Source of the DNA: an uncultured archaeon
GTDB taxonomy: Archaea; Altiarchaeota; Altiarchaeia; IMC4; SCGC-AAA252-I15
Assembly: GCA_902384455.1 (NCBI GenBank)
Contig: CABMCB010000081.1
Location: 1-15,032, forward strand
Direction: 5' to 3'
DNA: 15,032 bases
Below, piece by piece: positions 8,069 through 14,980 of the stretch. The notes beneath the pieces were generated by a model. That model ran no database searches, was not told where the DNA came from, and saw only the letters and a program-made list of their open reading frames with translations. Positions within the stretch are counted from its first letter, which is position 1; every line of letters begins with the position of its first letter. The position numbers and the translations under genes were made by a program.

Positions 8069-8113
8069 GCGCTACCAGCCAATTACACCCTCAAAGGCGA
8101 ATTATGCCGGTGC
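8063..8113 (-). terminator. Imperfect stem-loop followed by U6 just downstream of the GT2 stop
   Basis: Minus strand GCACCGGCAUAAUUCGCCU-UUGA-GGGUGUAAUUGGCUGGUAGC-GC-UUUUUU. The arms pair by eye with several G-U pairs and single-nt bulges. Confidence 0.4.
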
Positions 8114-8121
8114 TAATCCCA

Positions 8122-9129
8122 CTACACCCTCTCCCGCGCCTTCCTCGCGTAATCCAAAGCGGAATCCACTATGCGCCTATCTATGGCCTTAGACTGCAGG
8201 TAAGCGAGGCTTTTGGAGACGTCGGTCGCGTCTTTTGCGTATCGGACTCTTGCGGAGCGGGCCCAATCGGCAGTCTCGTTGAATTCCGCCCGAAGTCTTT
8301 CGGCCGCATCTATCGCCCGTTCCCTGACGCGTCTTCTTAGTGAGGCGGTCATTGCCATGGGAGTGTAATCTCTGGTGGGAAGGCCCGTGAATGCGCTTTG
8401 AATGCGTGCGGCGGAAGGGTTTGCGGCTACGTAGTCGCTGTATACGAGCAGGTCCCTTAGGTCTGGGCGTTTTCGCGTCAAATCCATTTCGAAGTAGTAC
8501 CTTATCGCTCCAATCATCCCCATGTTTTCTATGCGGCGCGCCGATGTTCCGACCTTCAAGTCTGTGAAGTAATGCGTTTCGCCTATTTCGTTGAGGCGCC
8601 TGCTTAAGTCTATGTCTTCCAGAGGAATGTTCTTGAATCCGCCAACCAGAGAAAAGACGTCGCGCCTGATGAAAACGTTGAATCCCGGCAATGTGGCCGC
8701 GCCCACGCTGTCCTTAAACTTAAGGTATTCGTTAGTTGCCCTTTCGGCGAATGTGTTTCTTTTGCCTCGTTCAGTGAACTTGAATGCCGCACTTAACGCT
8801 AGGATGTCCGGTTTCTGTTTGAATTTGTTTATGCCCCATTCGACGTAGTTGGGCGGAATGGTGGTGTCTGCGTCTATGAACAAAATAAATTCGCTGTGTG
8901 ATTCTTGCGCGCCGAAGTTTCTTTGGGCACCTGTGCCTTTTACAGGGGAAACAACGACGGCGTCAGCCCACTTTCTGGCAATCTCAACCGTCCTATCTGA
9001 GGAGCCGCTGTCGCACACGACCACTCTTACCCGATGCTTAGTCTTCTGGGCTTTGGCGCTTCTGACGCACGCCTCAACGTAACGCTCCTCATTCAAAACC
9101 GGAACAACAACCAAGACGTCTTCGGCCAT
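8122..9129 (-). CDS. Glycosyltransferase family 2 (GT-A fold) with a helical C-terminal extension
   Basis: Start reassigned to ATG at 9129 (MAEDVLVVVPVLNEE), giving 335 aa. Motifs VVVCDSGSSDRT, QRNFGA, FIDADT (DxD), GGF...LEDIDL and TSARR. Confidence 0.92.
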   Translation of the reverse strand: MAEDVLVVVPVLNEERYVEACVRSAKAQKTKHRVRVVVCDSGSSDRTVEIARKWADAVVVSPVKGTGAQRNFGAQESHSEFILFIDADTTIPPNYVEWGINKFKQKPDILALSAAFKFTERGKRNTFAERATNEYLKFKDSVGAATLPGFNVFIRRDVFSLVGGFKNIPLEDIDLSRRLNEIGETHYFTDLKVGTSARRIENMGMIGAIRYYFEMDLTRKRPDLRDLLVYSDYVAANPSAARIQSAFTGLPTRDYTPMAMTASLRRRVRERAIDAAERLRAEFNETADWARSARVRYAKDATDVSKSLAYLQSKAIDRRIVDSALDYARKARERV

Positions 9130-9167
9130 TCTTATGAAATCAAAGTTGGTAAAACCCGCTATTAACG

Positions 9168-10166
9168 CTACGTCGTCCTCACGTCCCTGTACTGCAAATC
9201 CAAGTTGTGTTCTCTCGCAGTCTCCTTGATTATGCTCCCCACTTTGATGCGGCGGGTAAGGTAGTCCGCGACGCGAAGAGGGTAAATCTGGGGGTGAATT
9301 ATGTCGTCCTCCAAAGTCCACAGGCGGGCAAGAGCCGAAAGGTCCTTCTCGTAGTCCCCGTAAGAAAATTCCCAGCGAACCGCCAAAGGAGCGCTAACTC
9401 GCTCTACAGTATAAGACAAACGCTTTTGAGGAAGAATCAAATAAACGACGAAAACACCCTCCTCCTCAACCACAACATACTCAAGGGGATTAAGCGCGGC
9501 CGAAAAAACCGTTATGTTAGACGTTTCATACCCTATTTTCTGGGCTATGTCCGACGCGTGGCTGTCTTCGCACATTGCCGCTATCTTTCCAGACTTAAAG
9601 AGTTTTTTCTGGGCGTCAGACGCTTCTTCAGCTTCTTTGCCCACAGCGTTTTTTATCGCCTTCCTGTTTCCCGCGATGCTCCCATCCACAAGCCGCAAGT
9701 CGCCTTTCCCCCCTTCTTCAGCAAGAAGGCGATACTCCCCGGCTATCCTTATCAAAGGCGTCCGGGACTCAACCTGATTAGGCGGGCAAAGAACCCCGGC
9801 GTCAAACCTATGCGCATACTCAACGTCAAAATAAGGCGTATTGCCCCTACCAACAAGCGCATCAACATGCAGTCCTCCATCCGCCCTAGCAGACACCGCA
9901 ACAGAAGAAGACGCCCAAACAACACTATGCCTAAACGCCTGAACAGCGAAAGCGGCGTCAGCAGCCAAAAGACCAAGAGGAAAAGAAACATCCGGCGGCA
10001 AAGAAAGCGCATGAACATTCAACCCCGCATCCGACAGCAGCTCTCTTGTTCGCTCCCTATCAAGAGACGGCCCCTTAATCTGCGGCGCAAGCGCGTCAAT
10101 GCGACGTTTCAAATATTCGGCGTCCGCTTGGAACGCGAAAGTAAGCGGCTTCATCGCAGAGGTCAC
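9168..10166 (-). CDS. nurA: NurA-family nuclease (RNase H-like fold), divergent
   Basis: Acidic motif 1 LLAADAAF (compare A/V-D-G-S), motif 2 RLVDGSI, strand IAAMCEDS, AVRWEF, and C-terminal YPLRVADYLTR (compare YPxxLxxA[HD]). Likely start is GTG at 10166, overlapping the upstream stop (GTGA); ATG at 10154 is the alternative. Confidence 0.72.
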   Translation of the reverse strand: MTSAMKPLTFAFQADAEYLKRRIDALAPQIKGPSLDRERTRELLSDAGLNVHALSLPPDVSFPLGLLAADAAFAVQAFRHSVVWASSSVAVSARADGGLHVDALVGRGNTPYFDVEYAHRFDAGVLCPPNQVESRTPLIRIAGEYRLLAEEGGKGDLRLVDGSIAGNRKAIKNAVGKEAEEASDAQKKLFKSGKIAAMCEDSHASDIAQKIGYETSNITVFSAALNPLEYVVVEEEGVFVVYLILPQKRLSYTVERVSAPLAVRWEFSYGDYEKDLSALARLWTLEDDIIHPQIYPLRVADYLTRRIKVGSIIKETAREHNLDLQYRDVRTT

Positions 10167-11113
10167 ATAATCTTGACTTCGCTCATCTCGCGGCAAAGCA
10201 TATGATACTGCTCCTTGGAGAACGCTTCGGAGTCTATTGGTATGAGAAGCCGACCGCCGAATTCCTCAATCATCTCGTCCACCGACTCAATGAACTTAAG
10301 GACAGTCTCAAACCCGTTTTGAACCACCAAATACTCTACCCCATCAAGCAAAACAACGCTTTGGCCTTCTGTTTTGCTCAAAAACTCGCGGACTGTGTGG
10401 CTGACTTCAACAAGGTCCGACGGGTCTATCACCGCCTCATCATGGCTCCTTATCTTAGAAAGCCAGAAAAAAGGCGTCCGCCTCAACCCATATTTCTCGC
10501 GAATCTTTTTAGGGTGAAAACGAGTTATTCCAAGGCCCGGCACACCGTGAGTAACCAAGTCCACGAAAACCAAGAGACTGTTGTGGGGCTCATCCTCAGT
10601 CATAGAGTACTCCAGCGTCCCCTTAACCGGCTTCTCCTCGCGAATCAAATAGCTTGCGCCAGTCTTCAAATCGTACTTCAAAGCTATAGAACTCACATGC
10701 TCCTCCTTACCTCCCTCCACAATAGACATCCTAATCCTCATAGACTTACCCTGCCCGCGAGAAGGCGCATAAAGGAAGTAAAAACCAGCCATCAAAGCCA
10801 CAGCCACAATAGCGCGGCCTAAAGTGCTGTACGTCTCAAGGCTCCTGTAATCGAGTTTAACAATCTTATCCCCCCCCAAAAGCTTAATCGTCTCGCCGCT
10901 TCCCGCAATAGCCAGGAAAGCGCCGCTGATATTCAAAACCAGTATAGTGAAAACCGCGGCGAAAATCCACAACCAACCCCTCGCCTCCTTCAGCTCCTTG
11001 ACGTAAATGCGCCTATAAAGCTTCACCCAAAAAATGACCGCAGCCAACGAAATCAAAATAGCCCCAAAATTCAGCAACAAAGAAAAATCGAAACCACCCT
11101 CTACCCCGTCCAT
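10163..11113 (-). CDS. DUF835-domain protein with an N-terminal 3-helix membrane region
   Basis: Three hydrophobic helices in aa ~10-117, then DUF835-type motifs SYLIREEK, GLGITRFHP, FFWLSK, IDPSDL, VVLLDGVEYLVVQNGFETVLKF and LLIPIDSEAF. ATG at 11113 is preferred to TTG at 11116. Confidence 0.88.
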   Translation of the reverse strand: MDGVEGGFDFSLLLNFGAILISLAAVIFWVKLYRRIYVKELKEARGWLWIFAAVFTILVLNISGAFLAIAGSGETIKLLGGDKIVKLDYRSLETYSTLGRAIVAVALMAGFYFLYAPSRGQGKSMRIRMSIVEGGKEEHVSSIALKYDLKTGASYLIREEKPVKGTLEYSMTEDEPHNSLLVFVDLVTHGVPGLGITRFHPKKIREKYGLRRTPFFWLSKIRSHDEAVIDPSDLVEVSHTVREFLSKTEGQSVVLLDGVEYLVVQNGFETVLKFIESVDEMIEEFGGRLLIPIDSEAFSKEQYHMLCREMSEVKIM

Positions 11114-11154
11114 CAATACGGTATTTACGGCCGCATGCTTATTAATTCCAGAGT
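11114..11154. promoter_or_regulatory. 41-bp divergent promoter region (DUF835 gene / HAD gene), probably leaderless transcripts
   Basis: Minus-strand TTAATAAG (11145-11138) lies ~25-32 nt before ATG 11113. Plus-strand TATTTAC (11122-11128) lies ~27-33 nt before ATG 11155. Confidence 0.45.
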
Positions 11155-11784
11155 ATGGTCAAGGCGGTTTTGTTTGACGTGGACGGAACGCTCATAGACA
11201 GCATCCAGCCCATTTACCTAAAGTTCGCTTCCACCGCCAAGGAAATGGGCCTCAGAGTCCCTTCTTTCGAGGAGTTCAGAAGCCACGTGGGGCGGCCTTG
11301 GGACGAGATTCTTTTGCGTTTGTGGCCTGACTTTGACCCTGACGATTTCACGCGAGTTTACCGCAGGACTCCTGAGGTGGTTCTTCCTTTTCCCAATCTT
11401 GAGGAAGTTTTTACGTCTCTTTCCGGCAGGTACCGTCTGGGCATCCTGACTTCGCGCGGCAAAAAAAGCATGCTTGAGCACATGAAGCACGGCGGAATAG
11501 ACGTCGGGATTTTCGAGGTGGTGTTAAGCAAAGACGACTTGAGGAAGACCAAGCCCGATCCAGAGGCGTTGCGTCACGGCGCGGAAGAATTCGGCTTACC
11601 AGTTTCCGAAGTCCTTTACGTCGGAGACGCCCTGATAGACGCCAGGTGCGCCAAGGCTGCAGGAATGCCTTTTGTTGCGGTGGAAAGCGGAGGGACGCCG
11701 GCTGAGGAGTTTAGGAAGGAAGGGTTTGTTGACGTCATAAAAAGTGTGGCTGAACTTTCCAAGTTCATTGAGAAAAGATACTGA
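11155..11784 (+). CDS. HAD-superfamily hydrolase, subfamily IA (phosphoglycolate phosphatase/PpaX-like)
   Basis: Motif I FDVDGTLIDS, motif II ILTS, motif III KPDP, motif IV YVGDALID; 209 aa. Confidence 0.93.
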   Translation: MVKAVLFDVDGTLIDSIQPIYLKFASTAKEMGLRVPSFEEFRSHVGRPWDEILLRLWPDFDPDDFTRVYRRTPEVVLPFPNLEEVFTSLSGRYRLGILTSRGKKSMLEHMKHGGIDVGIFEVVLSKDDLRKTKPDPEALRHGAEEFGLPVSEVLYVGDALIDARCAKAAGMPFVAVESGGTPAEEFRKEGFVDVIKSVAELSKFIEKRY

Positions 11785-11810
11785 AGGGAAGCGCTGACTT
11801 ACGCAAAACC

Positions 11811-11817
11811 TTTTTTT
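11811..11817 (+). terminator. Archaeal oligo-T terminator candidate after the HAD gene
   Basis: T7 run starting 27 nt after the stop at 11784. Confidence 0.45.
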
Positions 11818-11851
11818 GGCATACTTAAGCGTATTGGGGAATGTAGTAATC

Positions 11852-12319
11852 GTGAAAAAAGAAAGGAAAACCCCTTCAAAGACCCGGAAAAAGAAGGCTT
11901 CTCCCGTCAAAACTACTTTCTCTAAAATTGCAGTCCCCCAAAATACGCCCTCTCAAACAGCACAATCTAAAGTCGCTTTCCCCAAAACAAAGGTTAAGCA
12001 AAGACCTGCCTGGCTGATAGGCGGACTGATAGGCGACGCTACATTAATACCTCTAGTAATAATCTACGTCATCTACGCTATCGTCTATGTCGCACCCAAC
12101 CCAGAATACGCCCTAACCCACCCCTCACTCTTATCTGTACTCCTAGCCCTCCCGTTTTACCCTATGATACTGCCCGTAAACCTAGGCTTAGTCTCAATCT
12201 CAACAGAAAACGTAAATACCGTAATAATTTTAGGCGTTGCCTCACTGCTGATTTCATATTTCATTATTGGGGCAGTAGCCGGCGTAGTCATCAAAAAACT
12301 AAAGTCACGCAAAAAATAG
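11852..12319 (+). CDS. Hypothetical membrane protein (Lys-rich N-terminal tail, ~3 transmembrane helices)
   Basis: GTG at 11852 is preferred to TTG at 11816, which sits in the T-tract. An AT-rich ATACTTAAG lies at 11821-11829. Basic N-terminus KKERKTPSKTRKKK, hydrophobic segments, and a basic C-terminus KKLKSRKK. Confidence 0.7.
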   Translation: MKKERKTPSKTRKKKASPVKTTFSKIAVPQNTPSQTAQSKVAFPKTKVKQRPAWLIGGLIGDATLIPLVIIYVIYAIVYVAPNPEYALTHPSLLSVLLALPFYPMILPVNLGLVSISTENVNTVIILGVASLLISYFIIGAVAGVVIKKLKSRKK

Positions 12320-12326
12320 TCTCCCG

Positions 12327-13421
12327 CTAACCGATTAAACCGGTTATCTCCTTTACCGGCGCATTAGTCCTTATGCCCAACGGCTCCATATGAGTGCGCG
12401 AAGCCAGAAAACCCCTCCTCTTAAGCTCATCAAAAACAAACTGCATCCTCGGAGGAGAAGCCGCCTTAGTTTCACACAACTTATGCAAATTAAAGTAAGG
12501 AACAGCAACCCCCTGCTCTTCAGAGACCAAACGCGCAATCTCAGACGCCACCTTTCCCTTACTGTACTGCGGCTGCGCTAACTCATCCGCAAGCCGAAGA
12601 GTAAAATCAACGTCAGAGTAAGGCCCAGTCCACAGGGGCCCTGCGACGTTATAACCCTTAAAGTCCCCTTCCGCAAGTTCGTTTAGCGTCACGAATCTGC
12701 GGTCGAGGTCGCTAAACCGGTAAACAAAGTAGTTCACGTTCTTGCGGGATTCCTTAACCGCACCCCCAGCCCTGTCCACGCGAGCGTAAAGCCGCATGTA
12801 ATGCCGCGTCACATGCGAGAACAACGGCGTCATACCGTAGCTAAAACGCAGCGCAGCCCGCGCAACGTAACCCAAAAGTATCCTCAATCCGACCTCGTTA
12901 AAGCAGTCGCACCTAAGCGGTGTGGCATCATACTTCCTTTGGCATGCGCCAGGGTAAGTCCCGCACAAAGCGCTCGTATCAGTCGCCGCAACACCAAGCA
13001 CTCCCTGGCTTCTTACCGCACTCATCGCCGCGTCAAGATAACGCACAGGCGGCCCGAACGGGTCTATGTCTACGAAGTCGAATTTGCGGGATGAAAGCAC
13101 CGTGTTGCAGTTGTCGTGTATCGCCTCGACTTCCACGCCGTTTTCAACGGCGTTCTTTCTGGCAAGCTCAATGGCGACAGGATTAAGGTCTATGAGAGTG
13201 ACTTTGGCGCCTGCCTCCTTTGCGACCCTTATGCCTCGCGCCCCGGAACCCGACAGAGCGTCGCAGTACGTCACCGGCTTAGTAAGGCGCGCCACGGCCA
13301 CTCCCACGTCTCGCGAAAGCTCCATGTGCGGATTGTAGAATACGGGATCCCTCTTTTTCGGCACAAAAGACGAAGGCACCACGAGGTCGGTTTCGCCTTC
13401 CTTTACTGAGACGTAATCCAC
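12327..13421 (-). CDS. trm1: tRNA (guanine26-N2)-dimethyltransferase Trm1
   Basis: Motifs VFYNPHMELSRD, DALSGSGARGIR, FDFVDIDPFGPP, ATDTSALCG, EVGLRILLG, HYMRLY, GPLWTG, SRTH and IRTNAP. GTG start; 364 aa. Confidence 0.97.
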   Translation of the reverse strand: MDYVSVKEGETDLVVPSSFVPKKRDPVFYNPHMELSRDVGVAVARLTKPVTYCDALSGSGARGIRVAKEAGAKVTLIDLNPVAIELARKNAVENGVEVEAIHDNCNTVLSSRKFDFVDIDPFGPPVRYLDAAMSAVRSQGVLGVAATDTSALCGTYPGACQRKYDATPLRCDCFNEVGLRILLGYVARAALRFSYGMTPLFSHVTRHYMRLYARVDRAGGAVKESRKNVNYFVYRFSDLDRRFVTLNELAEGDFKGYNVAGPLWTGPYSDVDFTLRLADELAQPQYSKGKVASEIARLVSEEQGVAVPYFNLHKLCETKAASPPRMQFVFDELKRRGFLASRTHMEPLGIRTNAPVKEITGLIG

Positions 13422-13440
13422 GGAAACTACATTAGCGCCC

Positions 13441-13452
13441 CTTTTATTTAAT
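13441..13452. promoter_or_regulatory. Central AT-rich element, candidate bidirectional TATA box for trm1 and mvaD
   Basis: CTTTTATTTAAT is centred in the 51-bp gap. Plus-strand TTTATTTA is 23-30 nt before ATG 13473, and minus-strand TTAAATAA is 23-30 nt before GTG 13421. Confidence 0.6.
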
Positions 13453-13472
13453 CCGATGCATTATTCTCTTTC

Positions 13473-14471
13473 ATGGAAAAGGGAACTTGCCGCGCGAACG
13501 CGAACATTGCTCTCGTCAAATACTGGGGGAAAAGAGACGAAACATTGATGCTGCCGCAAAACGGAAGCATAAGCATGACTCTCGATGGGATGCACACCAC
13601 AACGACCGTCGAATTCCTACCGTCGCTTAAAGCGGACGAAGTAACCCTGAACGACGCCTTACTTGCCGACGGAAAAGAATTCGCTCAAGTCGTAGAGCAC
13701 CTAAACATAATCCGCGAAATGGCCAAAATAAAGACTTTCGCCCGCGTCGCATCCAAAAACAACTTTCCCACGGCAGCAGGACTCGCAAGCAGCGCAAGCG
13801 GATTCGCAGCATTGTCGATGGCCGCTGCAAAAGCCGCCGGACTCAAACTTAACCCTCAGGAACTTTCAATGCTTTCTCGGCGGGGAAGCGGCAGCGCAAG
13901 CAGAAGCATTCACGGCGGATTCGTGGAGTGGAAGCGCGGCGAAAAATCCGACGGAACAGACTCATATGCGCAGCAGATTGCGCCTCCGTCGCATTGGCCC
14001 AACTTCCGGATGCTTACAACGGTCGTCTCCACAAGCGAGAAGAAGGTGAAGAGCCGCGCGGGAATGAAGCAGACTGTGGAAACGTGTCCGCTTTACCCTG
14101 GTTGGCTGTCTTCCGTGAACGCGGACTTGGACGCAGTCCGAAGCGGAATAAAGGAAAAAGACTTCCATAAAGTAGGCGCAACAGCGGAACACAACTGCCT
14201 TAAGATGCATGCGACCATGATTGCGACTAATCCGCCGATAATCTACTGGAACCCGGCGACAATGGAAATAATCCACCTCGTCCAGGTGATGCGCGAAGAA
14301 GGCGTACCAGTATACTTCACAATAGACGCAGGACCAAACGTCAAAGTAATCTGCCAGGAAGAAAACATGCAGGACATAGAAGCCCGCCTCAAGGAACTTT
14401 CCGGCGTAAAAAACGTCCACGTATGCAAACCAGGCGGACCCGCAGAAACACTCAAAGAACACCTATTCTAA
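13473..14471 (+). CDS. mvaD: Diphosphomevalonate decarboxylase (GHMP family, bacterial-type)
   Basis: Motifs NIALVKYWGK, SISMTL, NNFPTAAGLASSASGFAAL, RRGSGSASRSIHGGF, KKVKSRAGM, MHATM and YFTIDAGPNVK; 332 aa. Confidence 0.95.
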   Translation: MEKGTCRANANIALVKYWGKRDETLMLPQNGSISMTLDGMHTTTTVEFLPSLKADEVTLNDALLADGKEFAQVVEHLNIIREMAKIKTFARVASKNNFPTAAGLASSASGFAALSMAAAKAAGLKLNPQELSMLSRRGSGSASRSIHGGFVEWKRGEKSDGTDSYAQQIAPPSHWPNFRMLTTVVSTSEKKVKSRAGMKQTVETCPLYPGWLSSVNADLDAVRSGIKEKDFHKVGATAEHNCLKMHATMIATNPPIIYWNPATMEIIHLVQVMREEGVPVYFTIDAGPNVKVICQEENMQDIEARLKELSGVKNVHVCKPGGPAETLKEHLF

Positions 14472-14473
14472 AG

Positions 14474-14980
14474 ATGGAAGAAATATTCGACGTAGTCGAC
14501 GAAAACGACAACGTAACAGGGCAAAAACCCCGAAGCCAAGTCCACGCCGAAAAACTACTCCACAGAAGCACACTAATAATAATCGAAAACTCAAAAGGCG
14601 AAATACTACTCCAACTAAGAGGAGACAAAGCAGACACATACCCCGGCTGGTACACAACATCAGCTGCAGGACACGTAACAGCAGGCGGAACATACTACGA
14701 AACCGCCCACAGAGAACTAAAAGAAGAACTAGGAATAGACACAAAACTAAAACCAATCAAAAAAATACCCGGCACAATAAACCCCGCCAAAGAATTCATG
14801 TACATATACGCAGGCAACGCAGACGGCCCATTCAAATACCAAGAAAAAGAAACAGCAGGCGGAACATTCATCACAAAAGAAGAACTAATAAAAAACCTGA
14901 AAACAGGCGGCCCACTAAAAATAACTCCCGCTGCAGAGCTGGCCCTAAAAGCTTACTTTGAGTCGTTGAACAAAAAATGA
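14474..14980 (+). CDS. Nudix-fold protein related to type 1 isopentenyl-diphosphate isomerase / YfcD-like hydrolases
   Basis: Start reassigned to ATG at 14474, 2 nt after the mvaD stop, giving 168 aa. IDI-like N-terminus DVVDENDNVTG...VH...LLHR...ILLQLR...YPG, and Nudix box GHVTAGGTYYETAHRELKEELGI. Confidence 0.85.
   Translation: MEEIFDVVDENDNVTGQKPRSQVHAEKLLHRSTLIIIENSKGEILLQLRGDKADTYPGWYTTSAAGHVTAGGTYYETAHRELKEELGIDTKLKPIKKIPGTINPAKEFMYIYAGNADGPFKYQEKETAGGTFITKEELIKNLKTGGPLKITPAAELALKAYFESLNKK

Noticed and set aside
9130-9321. 64 aa N-terminal extension of the GT2 ORF in the ORF track
   Set aside because: It overlaps the 3' end of nurA, and the GT2 fold begins right after ATG 9129.
9207-10822. 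Two long plus-strand ORFs (9207..10205, 332 aa; 10202..10822, 206 aa) that overlap by ATGA like an operon
   Set aside because: Both are exactly codon-aligned antisense shadows of nurA and the DUF835 gene (each offset 39 nt from the sense stop). The sense genes avoid TTA/CTA/TCA codons in these G/T-ending tracts, which removes antisense stops. The products are Arg/Lys/Asn/Pro-rich with no motifs.
14423-14473. Upstream start of the Nudix ORF at 14423
   Set aside because: It lies inside mvaD. ATG 14474 directly follows the mvaD stop and matches the family N-terminus.
97-14756. The remaining short alternative-frame and antisense ORFs in the track (e.g. 3270..3821, 3777..4322, 5313..5867, 6669..7112, 13962..14462)
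   Set aside because: All lie within or across well-supported CDSs and show no recognisable motifs.
14474-14980. Assigning the symbol idi to the Nudix gene
   Set aside because: The catalytic Cys and the E-x-E pair are not present, so isomerase function is unproven.
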